Assembly (NCBI GenBank): GCA_963833495.1
Contig: CAWHYJ010000012.1
Location: forward strand, 68,233-132,232
DNA length: 64,000 nucleotides
DNA from: an uncultured Actinomycetota bacterium
GTDB taxonomy: Bacteria; Actinomycetota; Actinomycetes; Actinomycetales; Dermatophilaceae
Reading direction: 5' to 3'
Of the stretch, positions 48,987 to 59,612 are shown in pieces (positions within the stretch are counted from its first letter, which is position 1; every line of letters begins with the position of its first letter). The notes under the pieces were generated by a model that worked only from the letters and a program-made list of their open reading frames with translations, searched no databases and was not told the origin of the DNA. The position numbers and the translations under genes are program-made.

Positions 48987-49998
48987 ACGTCAGCGGGGGG
49001 GCCGGACCGGTCGACTCGCGCACGACCAGCTCGGTGGGCAGCACGATCGTCTGGTTCGACTCGTCGTCGTCGAGCAGGGCCCGCAGCAACAGGTCGGCGG
49101 CAGCGTGCCCCTGGCCGGCGACGTCCTGGCGCACCGTGGTCAGGCCGAGCACCCCGGAGAGCACGAAGTCGTCGATGCCGATGATCGACAGGTCGGCCGG
49201 CACGGCGACCCCGAGCCGGCGGGCGCTCTCGCGCACCCCGATGGCCATCTCGTCGGAGGCCGCGACGATGGCGGTCGGGTGGTCGGGCCGGGCGAGCAGC
49301 TCGGCACTGTCGCGGGCGGCGGCCTCGGCGGTCCAGTCCGAGCCGAGGACCCAGGCGTCGTCGCACTCGAGGCCGAGCCGTCCGACGGCCTCCAGGAAGG
49401 CCTCGAGGCGGTCCTGAGGGGTCTGGATGTGGGCGACGTTCTGGGGGACCGCCCCGATGTAGCCGATCCTGGTGTGCCCCAGGCCCGCCAGGTGGTCGAC
49501 GGCGGTGCGCATGGCCGCCTTGTCGTCGATGCGCACGCAGGCCCGGTCGGGCACCGGTGAGCCGATGGCGACCAGCGGCAGCCCGAGCCGGTCGACGAGC
49601 TCGATCTCTTCCGAGGTCATCGGGATGTTCAGGGTGATGACGCCGTCGACCCGCTTCCACAGCATGTTCTGCGACAGGGGGAGGCGCTGGTCGTAGCTGT
49701 CGTCCTCGAGGTCGAAGAGGATGACGTGGTGCCCGCGGGCCCGCAGGCTCTTCTCGATGGCGCTGACCAGGGTGGCGAAGAACCAGCGGGTCAGGAACGG
49801 TGCCACCACGGCGACGACGCGGGTGCGCCCGGACGCGAGCGAGGTGGCGGTGGGGGAGGCCACGTAGTGGAGGTCCTCCGCCACCCGCATCACGCGCTCC
49901 CGGGTCTCGGGCGAGACCCGGTCAAGTCCCCGAAGGGCGCGGGAGACCGTGGCGACCGAGACCCCGGCCACCCGCGCCACATCGGTGATGGTGCTGAT
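48979..49998 (-). CDS. LacI family regulator (start possibly ATC at 49998)
   Basis: STITDVARVAGVSVATVSR HTH, DLSIIGIDD, LVVREST. Confidence 0.88.
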   Translation of the reverse strand: MSTITDVARVAGVSVATVSRALRGLDRVSPETRERVMRVAEDLHYVASPTATSLASGRTRVVAVVAPFLTRWFFATLVSAIEKSLRARGHHVILFDLEDDSYDQRLPLSQNMLWKRVDGVITLNIPMTSEEIELVDRLGLPLVAIGSPVPDRACVRIDDKAAMRTAVDHLAGLGHTRIGYIGAVPQNVAHIQTPQDRLEAFLEAVGRLGLECDDAWVLGSDWTAEAAARDSAELLARPDHPTAIVAASDEMAIGVRESARRLGVAVPADLSIIGIDDFVLSGVLGLTTVRQDVAGQGHAAADLLLRALLDDDESNQTIVLPTELVVRESTGPAPPLTFS

Positions 49999-50024
49999 CT
50001 GTCATTCCTTCCCTCGGAAGGGCG

Positions 50025-50981
50025 TCAGCCCTTCAACCCACCGGCCAGGAGGCCTCGCACGAAGTACCGCTGCAGGGCCAGGAAGACGGCCACCGGCACG
50101 ATCATCGAGATGAACGCTCCGGCCGACAGCAGGTACCAGGCATTGCCTCTTGTACCCGACAGCTCCGCGACTCGCACGGTGATCGGCGCGACGTCGGGCG
50201 TCCCGCCGAGGAACACCAGCGACACCAGCAGGTCGTTCCAGACCCACAGGAACTGGAAGATGCCGAACGCGGCCAGGGCCGGCGTGAGCAGCGGGAGCAG
50301 GATCCGGAAGAAGATCGTCACGTGCCCCGCGCCGTCGACGCGCGCCGCCTCCATGAGCTCGGCGGGTAGCTCTCTCATGAAGTTGTGGATGAGGAAGGTC
50401 GCCAGGGGTAGCGCGAAGATCGTGTGCGACAGCCACACGCTCCAGTACGACGCCCCGAGCCCGAACTTGACGTACCGGTCGAGCAGCGGGATCAGCGCGA
50501 CCTGCAGCGGCACGATCTGCAGGGCGAAGACGGCGACGAACAGCGCGTCCCGGCCCGGGAACGGCATCCACGCGAACGCGTATGCCGCGAGAGAGGCCAG
50601 GAACAGCGGCAGCAGCACCGCCGGGATGGTGATGACGATGGTGTTGATGAAGTACTGGCTCAGGCTGGCCGAGGTGCCGGGGGCCAGCGCCTGCCGGTAG
50701 TTCTCCAGCGTGTAGGCCGACGGGTCCGAGAACGACGTCCACCAGCCGCTGGTGTTGATGTCACGTTGCTTGCGGAAGGAGGTGACCAGCAGGCCGATCG
50801 TCGGGATGGTCCACAGCACGGCGATGACGATCGCGGCCAGGGAGGCCCACGGCGAGGAGATCGCGCGGGCGGCGTCGCCGGCGGCGGTCTTGCCCCGCTT
50901 CTTCTTCACCGGGGCGTCGGTGGTGTGCTCCATCTCCGGGGAGACCTTCTCCGGCAACGCGACGGGCTCGAGGGTGCTCAT
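50025..50981 (-). CDS. carbohydrate ABC transporter permease
   Basis: EAARVDGA loop, WVWNDLL. Confidence 0.92.
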   Translation of the reverse strand: MSTLEPVALPEKVSPEMEHTTDAPVKKKRGKTAAGDAARAISSPWASLAAIVIAVLWTIPTIGLLVTSFRKQRDINTSGWWTSFSDPSAYTLENYRQALAPGTSASLSQYFINTIVITIPAVLLPLFLASLAAYAFAWMPFPGRDALFVAVFALQIVPLQVALIPLLDRYVKFGLGASYWSVWLSHTIFALPLATFLIHNFMRELPAELMEAARVDGAGHVTIFFRILLPLLTPALAAFGIFQFLWVWNDLLVSLVFLGGTPDVAPITVRVAELSGTRGNAWYLLSAGAFISMIVPVAVFLALQRYFVRGLLAGGLKG

Positions 50982-50984
50982 GGA

Positions 50985-52001
50985 TCACGCCTCCTTTCGC
51001 ATCTGGAGGATGTTGTAGATGACGATCGGGATGACGAGGACGAACAGCAGCACCGCGAGCGCCGCTCCGAGACCACCGGCGTCGAACCGGAAGCTCTGGT
51101 TGTAGAACTCGTTGGCGACGACCGAGGTGTCGAACTGTCCACCGGTCATCGTCCGGACGATGTCGAAGACCTTCAGCGTGCCGATGCCGATCGTCGTGAT
51201 GACGACGACGAGGGCGGGGCGGATGCTCGGCAGGGTGATGAACCGGAACATCTTGAAGGTCTGCACGCCGTCGAGCTTGGCGGCCTCGATGATCTCGTCA
51301 GGGATCGCCTTGATCGCCGCTGACAGCACGGTCATCGCGAACCCGGCCTGGATCCAGACCATGACGATGATGAGCATGAAGGTGTTCAGGGGTGCGTTGA
51401 TGAGGAACTGCTGGGTCTCGAAGCCGAGCGCCTTGAGGATGGCGTTGAGCAGGCCGATCTGCGGGCGGGAGGTCTGCTTGTACTGGTAGACGAACTTCCA
51501 GATGATGCTGGCGCCGACCATCGAGATGGCCATCGGCAGGAAGATCAGCGCCTTGGCGAACGCCTCGCCGCGGGCCCGGTCGATCAGGATCGCGTAGACC
51601 AGGCCGACCCCGGTGGCGATGAACGGCACGAGGATGACCCAGATCGCGGTGTTGCGCAGCACGAGCAGCAGGTCGGGCTCGGTGAACATCTGCACGTAGT
51701 TGTCGACGGTGAAGGAGCCCTCGCCGGTCTTGCCGCGGAAGCTCTGGATGATGGTGAGGATCGCGGGGTACATCAGGCCGAACCCGAGCAGCAGCACCGC
51801 CGGGCCGACGAACAGCACACCTTGCCACTTCTCACCGGTGCGGCCCTTGAACAGGGACGCGAGCAGAAGCACCAGGCCGAAGACCGCCGCGAAGAGGGCG
51901 ATCGCGAAGAACATCAGGAAGAACTTGCCAGCAACGCTCTGGGCGCGCAGGAGCGGCTCGGGGATAGCCCCGGCGACGCCCACGAGGACGTTCGACGTCA
52001 T
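50985..52001 (-). CDS. carbohydrate ABC transporter permease
   Basis: EAAKLDG loop, LKVFDIV. Confidence 0.92.
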   Translation of the reverse strand: MTSNVLVGVAGAIPEPLLRAQSVAGKFFLMFFAIALFAAVFGLVLLLASLFKGRTGEKWQGVLFVGPAVLLLGFGLMYPAILTIIQSFRGKTGEGSFTVDNYVQMFTEPDLLLVLRNTAIWVILVPFIATGVGLVYAILIDRARGEAFAKALIFLPMAISMVGASIIWKFVYQYKQTSRPQIGLLNAILKALGFETQQFLINAPLNTFMLIIVMVWIQAGFAMTVLSAAIKAIPDEIIEAAKLDGVQTFKMFRFITLPSIRPALVVVITTIGIGTLKVFDIVRTMTGGQFDTSVVANEFYNQSFRFDAGGLGAALAVLLFVLVIPIVIYNILQMRKEA

Positions 52002-52032
52002 GGACTCACCTCCGGTGAAGTCGGAAAAGGAA

Positions 52033-52073
52033 GAACCGGGGTGGGGCGGAGGGCATCCGCCCCACCCCGGTTC
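52033..52073 (-). terminator. intercistronic stem-loop after the binding-protein gene
   Basis: 18-bp perfect inverted repeat GAACCGGGGTGGGGCGGA/TCCGCCCCACCCCGGTTC followed by TTCCTTTT on the minus strand. Confidence 0.75.
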
Positions 52074-52108
52074 GGGTGACCTGGGGTCAGGTCAGGGTTG
52101 AGCTGGGG

Positions 52109-53491
52109 TCAGCTCTTCGGCCACGAGTTCTCGATGTAGTCGAGAGTCGTCTTGTCGTCCTGGCCGGTGATCCAGTTGACCATTCCCTTCCAGAAGGTGC
52201 CTGCACCGACGGCGCCCGGCATGAGGTCCGAACCGTCGAAGCGGAACGTGGCCGCCTTGTCCGTGAGGGCCTCGGCCGAGAGCTTGTCGACCGGGTTCTT
52301 CAGCAGGTTCGGGTCGGCGTTCTTGTTGGCCGTCACACAACCGCCGGAGCCGCAGGTCTTCGCCCGCTCGTTGGCCCACTCGGTCGAGGAGAGGTAGGTC
52401 TGGAAGGCCTTGACCTCGGGACGGTCGGCGAAGGCCGTGGTCAGCTCGCCACCACCCAGCACCGGCTTGGTGCTGGCGTCGACGGCCGGCAGGTAGAAGG
52501 CCCACACGTCGCCGTCGGGGCCGACCTTGGTGCCTTCGGGCCAGTTGGCCGCGTAGAACGACGCCTGACGGTGCATGTAGCAGGTGTTCGAACCGTCGGC
52601 GATCGGGAGGCCGCCGTCCTGGAAGGACGTGGACGCGATCGTCTTGACGTCACCGTAACCACCGTTGACGTACTTGGGGTTCTTGAGGATCTTGCCGACC
52701 TCGGCAAGAGCCGTGGCGACAGCGGGGTCGTTGAACGGGATCTCGTGCTTGACCCACTTGTCGTAGGTCTCGGCACCCGCCGTGCGGAGCATGACGTCCT
52801 CGACCCAGTCGGTGGCCGGCCAGCCGGTGGCGTCACCGGACTCGATACCTGCACACCAGGGCTTGACGTCGCCACCGGGGTTGTCGGCGACGATCTTGTC
52901 GGAGAGCGTGAGCAGCTCGGCCCACGTCTTCGGCACCTGGTAGCCCTTGTCGGCGAACGCCTTCGGCGAGTACCAGACGAAGGACTTCACGTTGGCACCG
53001 AGCGGGGCGGCGTAGAACTTGCCGTCGACGGTGCCGTAGTTCTTCCAGTCGGGCATGTTCTTGTCGACGTTGGCGACGACCTCCGGCGGGGCCTCCTTGA
53101 CGGCGCCGGTGGCGACCATCGTGGCGAGCAGACCCGGCTGCGGGATGTACGCGATGTCAGGAGCGTTGCCGCCCTTGACGCGCACGGGCAGCTGGGCCTC
53201 GAACTCCTTGGAGCCTTCGTACTTGATCGTGACGCCAGTGCACTCCTCGAACGGCTTGTACGAAGCCTGGTGGGGAGCGTCCTCCGGCGCGGTGATCGAG
53301 GTGTAGACGGAGACCGTCTTGCCCTTCAGGTCGCCGAACGCCTCGTAGGGCTTGCAGTCGATCGTCGACTGCGCCCCGCTGCTGGCGCTGCCGCCGCTGC
53401 TGTCGTCACTGCTTCCGCAGGCCGTCGCGGTCAGGGCCACCGCGAGGACTCCGGTCAACGCCGCAATGCGGCGCTTTGAGTAGAGGGCCAT
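52109..53491 (-). CDS. sugar ABC substrate-binding lipoprotein (AglE/alpha-glucoside-like)
   Basis: Lipobox TATAC; WCAGIESG.ATGWPATDW; FRFDGSDLMP. Confidence 0.88.
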   Translation of the reverse strand: MALYSKRRIAALTGVLAVALTATACGSSDDSSGGSASSGAQSTIDCKPYEAFGDLKGKTVSVYTSITAPEDAPHQASYKPFEECTGVTIKYEGSKEFEAQLPVRVKGGNAPDIAYIPQPGLLATMVATGAVKEAPPEVVANVDKNMPDWKNYGTVDGKFYAAPLGANVKSFVWYSPKAFADKGYQVPKTWAELLTLSDKIVADNPGGDVKPWCAGIESGDATGWPATDWVEDVMLRTAGAETYDKWVKHEIPFNDPAVATALAEVGKILKNPKYVNGGYGDVKTIASTSFQDGGLPIADGSNTCYMHRQASFYAANWPEGTKVGPDGDVWAFYLPAVDASTKPVLGGGELTTAFADRPEVKAFQTYLSSTEWANERAKTCGSGGCVTANKNADPNLLKNPVDKLSAEALTDKAATFRFDGSDLMPGAVGAGTFWKGMVNWITGQDDKTTLDYIENSWPKS

Positions 53492-53566
53492 TGCCCGCCT
53501 CCATTTCACTGGTCGCGCCGAGACGGGGTTGTGGCCGGCCTCGGCGATGAGGGAACCGGGAACAAC

Positions 53567-53581
53567 GTAAAAGCGTTTACA
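53567..53581. promoter_or_regulatory. LacI-type operator
   Basis: GTAAAAGCGTTTACA, CG-centred near-palindrome upstream of the ABC operon; related half-site GCAACGCTCCC nearby. Confidence 0.6.
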
Positions 53582-53647
53582 CACGCAGCGCAACGCTCCC
53601 GCGCTCACAGCCGGTAACGATTGAGTAACACGGCCGTTCGGGGTGCC

Positions 53648-56093
53648 TCAGCGCACCGGTGCGCCGACCCCCGCGATGACCGCCGGGTAGGTCGTGCCCG
53701 AGCCGTCGCGCCGGCCGTTGGCCTCCGGGAGGTCGAGCGGCACCCCGTTCGGGCCGGAGGCGCGGGCCGGCCGGGCGCCGACCCAGGCGAGCACCAGGGC
53801 GTCCTCGCCGCGCAGGAACCGGTGTGCCCGAACGCCACCCGTGCCGCGGCCCTTGGCGGGGTACTCGGCGTACGGCGTCACCTTCAGGGCGCCGGGCTGG
53901 GTGCCCGGCAGGGCGTCGGAGGAGCCGGCCGAGGTGACGACGACGTTGTCCGCGGCCGGGTCGACGGCCCCGAAGAAGGTCACCGACGCCCCGGGCGAGA
54001 GCCGGATGCCGGCCATCCCACCGGCCGTGCGCCCCTGTGGCCGCACCGCCGAGGCGGGGAAGCGGAGCAGCTGGGCGTCGCTGGTGACGAAGACGAGGTC
54101 CTCGCTGCCGTCGTGCAGCGCCACCGCGCCGACGACGCTGTCGCCGTCGCGCAGGGCGACGACCTCCCACTCGGGGCGGCCGGGGTAGTCGGTGGTGACC
54201 CGCTTGACCACGCCGGATGCCGTGCCGAGCGCCACCCCCGGCCCGGTGGCGTCGAGGGGCACGATGGTCAGCGGCTCCTCCCCGGCCGGGAGGTCGACGA
54301 AGACCGCCAGCGGCGCCCCGCCCGACAGGCTCGGTGAGCCGCCCAGCGGCGGCAGGGTCGGCAGCTCGAGCGCCGACATCCGCAGCATCCGGCCGCGCGA
54401 GGTGACCAGCGCGAACTCGCCCCGGGCCGTGGTGCGCACCGCGCCGATGATCGGCGTCGTGCTTGGCCCGGCCGCCCTCGGACGGCACCGGGTCGGCGCT
54501 CGAGGTGCGGGCGAGCAGGCCGGTCGACGACAGCAGCACCCAGCACGGGTCGTCGGTGACCTCGAGCGGAGTCGCGACCGAGGCGGGGGTGCCGGCCGAC
54601 TCGAGCAGCACGGTGCGCCGGGGGGTGCCGTGGGCCTTGGCGACGTCGGCGAGCTCGCTGGAGACGGTGCGGTGCAGCAGCTTCTCGTCGGCCAGGATCG
54701 CCTCGAGCTCCTCGATCTGGCGCAGCAGCTCGTCGCGCTCGGTCTCGAGCTCGATGCGCGAGAACCGGGTGAGGCGGCGCAGCTGCAGCTCGAGGATGTA
54801 GTCGGCCTGCGCCTCGGACAGGTCGAACACCGAGATCAGCCGGGCCTTGGCCATCGCGGTGTCGTCGGAGCCGCGGATCAGCTGGATGACCTCGTCGATG
54901 TCGAGGATCGCGACGAGCAGCCCCTCGACGAGGTGCAGCCGCTCGCGGCGCCGGCGCAGCCGGTACTCGGTGCGCCGCCGCACCACGCCGATGCGGAAGT
55001 CGACGTAGGTGCGCAGCAGCTCCTTCAGGCCGAGCGTGCGGGGCTGGCCGTCGACCAGGGCGACGTTGTTGATGCCGAAGGAGTCCTCCATCGGGGTGAG
55101 CTTGTAGAGCTGCTCGAGCACGGCATCGGGGTTGAACCCGTTCTTGATCTCGAAGACCAGCCGCAGGCCGTGCTTGCGGTCGGTGAGGTCCTTGACGTCG
55201 CTGATGCCCTGCAGCTTCTTGGACTGCACCAGGGTCTTGACCCGCTCGATGACCTTCTCCGGGCCGATCAGGTAGGGCAGCTCGGTGACCACGATGCCCA
55301 TCCGGCGCGGGGTGAGCTTCTCGACCCGGGCCGTGGCGCGGGTGCGGAACGAGCCTCGCCCGTTGAGGTAGGCGTCGCGGATGCCGTCGAGCCCGATGAT
55401 CCGCCCGCCGCCGGGCAGGTCGGGGCCGGGCACGAACTTCATCAGGTCGTCGAGCGAGCAGTCGGGGTGGGCGATCAGGTGCCGGGCCGCGCCGATCACC
55501 TCGACGAGGTTGTGCGGGGCCATGTTGGTGGCCATGCCGACCGCGATGCCGGAGGCGCCGTTGACGAGCAGGTTGGGGTAGGCGGCCGGCAGCACGCCCG
55601 GCTGGGTGAGCGAGTCGTCGTAGTTGGGCACGAAGTCGACGGTGTCCTCGTCGAGGCCGGCGACCATGAGCAGCGCCGCGGGCGCCATCCGGGCCTCGGT
55701 GTAGCGCGAGGCGGCCGGGCCGTCGTCGAGCGAGCCGAAGTTGCCGTGGCCGTCGACCAGCGGCAGGCGCATCGTGAACGGCTGCGCCATCCGCACCAGG
55801 GCGTCGTAGATCGCCTGGTCGCCGTGCGGGTGGTACTTGCCCATGACCTCGCCCACGACCCGGCTCGACTTCACGTGCGGACGGTCCGGGCGCAGGCCGA
55901 GCTCGCTCATCCCGTAGAGGATCCGGCGCTGCACCGGCTTCATCCCGTCACGCGCGTCGGGCAGGGCTCGCGAGTAGATGACGCTGTAGGAGTACTCGAG
56001 GAAGGCGCTGCGCATCTCCTCCTCGACGTCGATGTCGACGATCCGCTCGGTGAAGTCGTCGGCGGGAGGGGGCGTGCTGCTGCGCTTGGCCAT
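53648..56093 (-). CDS. parC: DNA topoisomerase IV subunit A, one extra base near 54452
   Basis: [28 protein letters not shown]; C-terminal domain continues in frame 53648-54451; no GyrA-box seen. Confidence 0.88.
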
Positions 56094-56183
56094 CGGGTGG
56101 GGCTCGGCTCCGGGTCGATCAGGTGCGCGGCGGCGCCGCGACGGGGGTCGGCCCCATCCTCACAAACCCGGTTGCCGCATCAC

Positions 56184-56798
56184 CTACGACACTCCGTGGT
56201 TCCCGAAGCGCCCGACGTGGAGCACGTCGTCGAGCGGCCGGCGGCGGCGGCTGAGCGGGGAGCCGGACACCCGCTCGACCTCGCGCCCCAGCGCGACGAC
56301 ACCCACGATGCGGCGGTCGGCGGGGATGCCGTGCGCCTCGTGGACCGCGTCGCGCTGCTCCACCGGCACGCCGAAGAACAGCGCGCCGAGGCCGGCATCC
56401 TCGGCGGCGAGCAGCAGGACCATCGCCGCCATGGCGACGTCGGTGTCCCAGTAGGGCACCGGCCAGCGGTCGGTGGACCGGTCGGTCCAGCCCTTGTCGG
56501 GCTGGGCGTAGCGGTCGAGGTAGGTCTCCGGGTCGCTGAGGCAGAGCACCAGGGCCGGCGCCGAGGAGACGCCGCGCGTCCAGGCGTCGGGCGGGGTGCC
56601 GTCGTCGACGGCCGCCCAGAACGTGGCCCGGTCGGCCGGGTCGAGCAGGGCCACGAAGTCCCACCCCTGGCTGAACCCGGCGCTCGGGGCACGCACGGCC
56701 AGCCGCACCAGGTCGCGGACCACCTCGGCAGGCACGGGGGATGCCGGGTCGAAACGGCGCACCATGCGGCGGTGCAGGACGGCGTCGCGGAGCTCCAC
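56184..56798 (-). CDS. nitroreductase family protein
   Basis: RRMVRRF, APSAGFSQGW, YW.TD, GLGALFFG. Confidence 0.88.
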   Translation of the reverse strand: MELRDAVLHRRMVRRFDPASPVPAEVVRDLVRLAVRAPSAGFSQGWDFVALLDPADRATFWAAVDDGTPPDAWTRGVSSAPALVLCLSDPETYLDRYAQPDKGWTDRSTDRWPVPYWDTDVAMAAMVLLLAAEDAGLGALFFGVPVEQRDAVHEAHGIPADRRIVGVVALGREVERVSGSPLSRRRRPLDDVLHVGRFGNHGVS

Positions 56799-56897
56799 GA
56801 GCCCCAGTGTGCCTGCCGCCGGGTGCGCCGGGAGCCGCGCACGTCCACCCACCGTGGGGCGGCACGCCCCGCTTCCGCGGGGTGGCACGATGGAGCC

Positions 56898-59564
56898 ATG
56901 GAGGACGAGCCGCTCCCACCGGGCTACCCCGTGGAGTGGGAGGCCGACGTCGTCCTGCGCGACGGCACGGTCGCGCACGTGCGGCCGATCCGCCCGGCCG
57001 ACGGCGACGGCATCCGGCGCTTCCACGCCGCGCAGTCCGACGAGTCGATCTACCTGCGCTTCTTCGCGCCGCTGCGCCAGCTCAGCGACGCCGACGTGTT
57101 CCGGTTCACCCACGTCGACTACGCCGACCGGGTCGCCCTGGTCGCCACCATGCGCGAGGAGATCATCGGCATCGGGCGCTACGACCGGATCGACGCGCGC
57201 AGCGCCGAGGTTGCCTTCAACATCAGCGACCACTTCCAGGGCAAGGGCATCGGCTCGGTGCTGCTGGAGCACCTGGCCGCGATCGCCCAGGAGTTCGGCA
57301 TCTCCCGCTTCACGGCCGAGGTGCTGCCGCAGAACCGCAAGATGCTCTCGGTGTTCGCGGATGCCGGCTACGACGTCAAGCGGCACATCGAGGACGGCGT
57401 GGTCGAGGTGGGGTTCGACATCGAGCCGACCGACTCCTCGAAGGCCGTGGCGATGTCGCGCGAGCACCGCGCCGAGGCCCTGAGCGTGCGCTCCATCCTG
57501 ACCCCGCGCACGATCGCGGTGATCGGCGCCAGCCGCCGCCGCAACTCGATCGGCAGCCAGCTGCTCGACCGGCTGGTCGAGGCCGGCTTCACCGGCAGCA
57601 TCCACCCGGTGAACCCCAACGTGCGCACCCTGCGCCGCCGCACGGCCTACCCCTCGGTGGCCGCCGTGCCGGGCCAGGTCGACCTCGCGGTGATCGCGGT
57701 GCCGGCCCACGCGGTGCTCGAGGTGGTCGACGAGTGCGCCGAGGCCGGGGTCAAGGCGCTGCTCGTCGTCTCGTCGGGCTTCGCCGAGGAGGGCCGCGCC
57801 GGGGAGCGGCTGCAGGCCGAGCTGCTGCGCCGGGCGCGCACCGCCGGCATGCGGGTGGTCGGGCCCAACTCGTTCGGCCTGATCAACAACGACCCCACCG
57901 TGCGGCTCAACGCCTCCCTGGCCCCCACCCTGCCGCCGCACGGGCAGCTCGGCCTGTTCGCGCAGTCGGGCGCACTCGGCATCGCGGTGCTCGCATCGGC
58001 GGCCCGGCGCAACCTGGGCATCTCGACCTTCGGGTCGGCCGGAAACCGGGTCGACGTCTCCGGCAACGACTTCATGCAGTACTGGATCGACGACGACTCC
58101 ACCACCGCGGTCGGCCTCTACCTGGAGTCGATGGGCAACCCGCGCAAGTTCTCGCGCGTCGCGCGCAACCTGGCCCTGATCAAGCCGGTCATCGTCGTGA
58201 AGTCGGGCGTCTCCGCGTTCGGCGTGCCGCCGGGGCACCGGGTGCGCAAGACCAAGGCGCGCCCCGAGGTGTTCTCCGCGATGCTCAAGCAGGCCGGCGT
58301 GATGCGGGTCGAGAACGTGCACCAGCTCTTCGACATCGCCCAGCTCGTCGCCCACCAGCCGCTGCCCGCGGGCGACCGGGTGGCCGTGGTGGGCAACTCC
58401 ACGGCGCTGGGCACGCTCACCGCCGACGCCTGCACGAGCTGGGGGCTCACCGTGTCGCACGGCCCGGTGGCCCTGCACACCGACGCGACGGCCGCGCAGT
58501 TCCGCACCGCGCTCGTGGCCGCCTTCGCCGACCCCAAGGTCGACTCGGTGCTGGCCTGCTTCATCCCCCCACTCGTGACCAACGACGAGGACGTCGCCGC
58601 GGCGGTGCGCGACGCCGCCGACGGGTCCAAGAAGCCTTGTGCCGCAACCTTCCTCGGCATGCGTGGGGTCGATGACGGCCACGCGTCGGTGACCGGCACC
58701 GGTGGCTCCACCCGCGCCATCCCGGTCTACGCCATGCCCGAGGATGCCGTGCGCGCACTCGCAGCGGCCACCCGCTACGGGCAGTGGCGGGCCAAGGACC
58801 ACGGCACGCCGGTCACCCCGGCCGGCATCAACCGGCGCATCGCCGAGGACGTCGTGCACACCGTGCTCTCGGTCGACCCGAAGGGCCGCCGGCTGACCCA
58901 CGACGAGGCGTCGGCACTGCTGCAGGCCTACGGCGTCGACGTCTGGAACATGGAGGAGGCGCGCTCGGCCGACGAGGCGGTGGCCGCCGCCGAGCGGGTC
59001 GGCTACCCGGTCGTGCTGAAGTCGACGGCCCCGATGCTGCGGCACCAGGGCGGCGTCGGGTCGGTACGGGTCGACCTGCGCACGGAGGAGTCGGTGCGCG
59101 ACGCGTGGGCGTCGCTCACCGAGCGGCTCGCCCCGCTCGACGCCGACCGCCTCGTCGTGCAGAAGATGGCCACCCCCGGAGTGCCGTGCGTCATCACCTC
59201 CGACGAGGACCCCCTCTTCGGCCCGGTCATCGGGTTCAGCGTGGCCGGGATGCCGACCGAGCTGCTCGACGACATCGCCTACCGCATCCCGCCGCTCACC
59301 GACGTCACCGTGAGCGAGCTCATCTCGTCGGTGAAGGCCGCCCCGGTGCTGCACGGCCACCGCGGCGCCACGCCCGTGCACCGCGCGGCCCTGGCCGACC
59401 TCATCGCCCGGGTGTCGGTGCTCGCCGACGACCTCGCCGAGGTCGCCTCGCTGAAGCTCAACCCGGTCAACGCCCACCCCGCGGGGGTCGAGGTGCTGGG
59501 GGCCGAGATCGTGCTGGCGCCGGCACCGCGCCGGGCCGACCCGGGGCGCCGCTCCCTGACGTAG
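56898..59564 (+). CDS. GNAT plus acyl-CoA-synthetase-like protein lysine acetyltransferase (Pat type)
   Basis: N-terminal GNAT (FQGKGIG), CoA-binding (IGAS, GPNSFG, QSG) and ATP-grasp (GYPVVLK) domains. Confidence 0.88.
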   Translation: MEDEPLPPGYPVEWEADVVLRDGTVAHVRPIRPADGDGIRRFHAAQSDESIYLRFFAPLRQLSDADVFRFTHVDYADRVALVATMREEIIGIGRYDRIDARSAEVAFNISDHFQGKGIGSVLLEHLAAIAQEFGISRFTAEVLPQNRKMLSVFADAGYDVKRHIEDGVVEVGFDIEPTDSSKAVAMSREHRAEALSVRSILTPRTIAVIGASRRRNSIGSQLLDRLVEAGFTGSIHPVNPNVRTLRRRTAYPSVAAVPGQVDLAVIAVPAHAVLEVVDECAEAGVKALLVVSSGFAEEGRAGERLQAELLRRARTAGMRVVGPNSFGLINNDPTVRLNASLAPTLPPHGQLGLFAQSGALGIAVLASAARRNLGISTFGSAGNRVDVSGNDFMQYWIDDDSTTAVGLYLESMGNPRKFSRVARNLALIKPVIVVKSGVSAFGVPPGHRVRKTKARPEVFSAMLKQAGVMRVENVHQLFDIAQLVAHQPLPAGDRVAVVGNSTALGTLTADACTSWGLTVSHGPVALHTDATAAQFRTALVAAFADPKVDSVLACFIPPLVTNDEDVAAAVRDAADGSKKPCAATFLGMRGVDDGHASVTGTGGSTRAIPVYAMPEDAVRALAAATRYGQWRAKDHGTPVTPAGINRRIAEDVVHTVLSVDPKGRRLTHDEASALLQAYGVDVWNMEEARSADEAVAAAERVGYPVVLKSTAPMLRHQGGVGSVRVDLRTEESVRDAWASLTERLAPLDADRLVVQKMATPGVPCVITSDEDPLFGPVIGFSVAGMPTELLDDIAYRIPPLTDVTVSELISSVKAAPVLHGHRGATPVHRAALADLIARVSVLADDLAEVASLKLNPVNAHPAGVEVLGAEIVLAPAPRRADPGRRSLT

Positions 59565-59612
59565 CGGCCGCGGGGGGAGGCGCCCGCGGCCGGGACGGGC
59601 ACAATGGTGCCC

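Noticed and set aside
50025-53491. ABC transporter lacking an ATPase gene
   Set aside because: Actinobacterial sugar ABC systems commonly share an MsiK-type ATPase encoded elsewhere.
45308-56093. Separated, convergent parE/parC as a novelty, or as gyrB/gyrA
   Set aside because: Split topoisomerase IV genes are usual in actinomycetes; no GyrA-box or oriC context.
54192-56897. 1790-aa giant fusion ORF
   Set aside because: The N-terminal half is antisense to parC; the real Pat gene starts at 56898.
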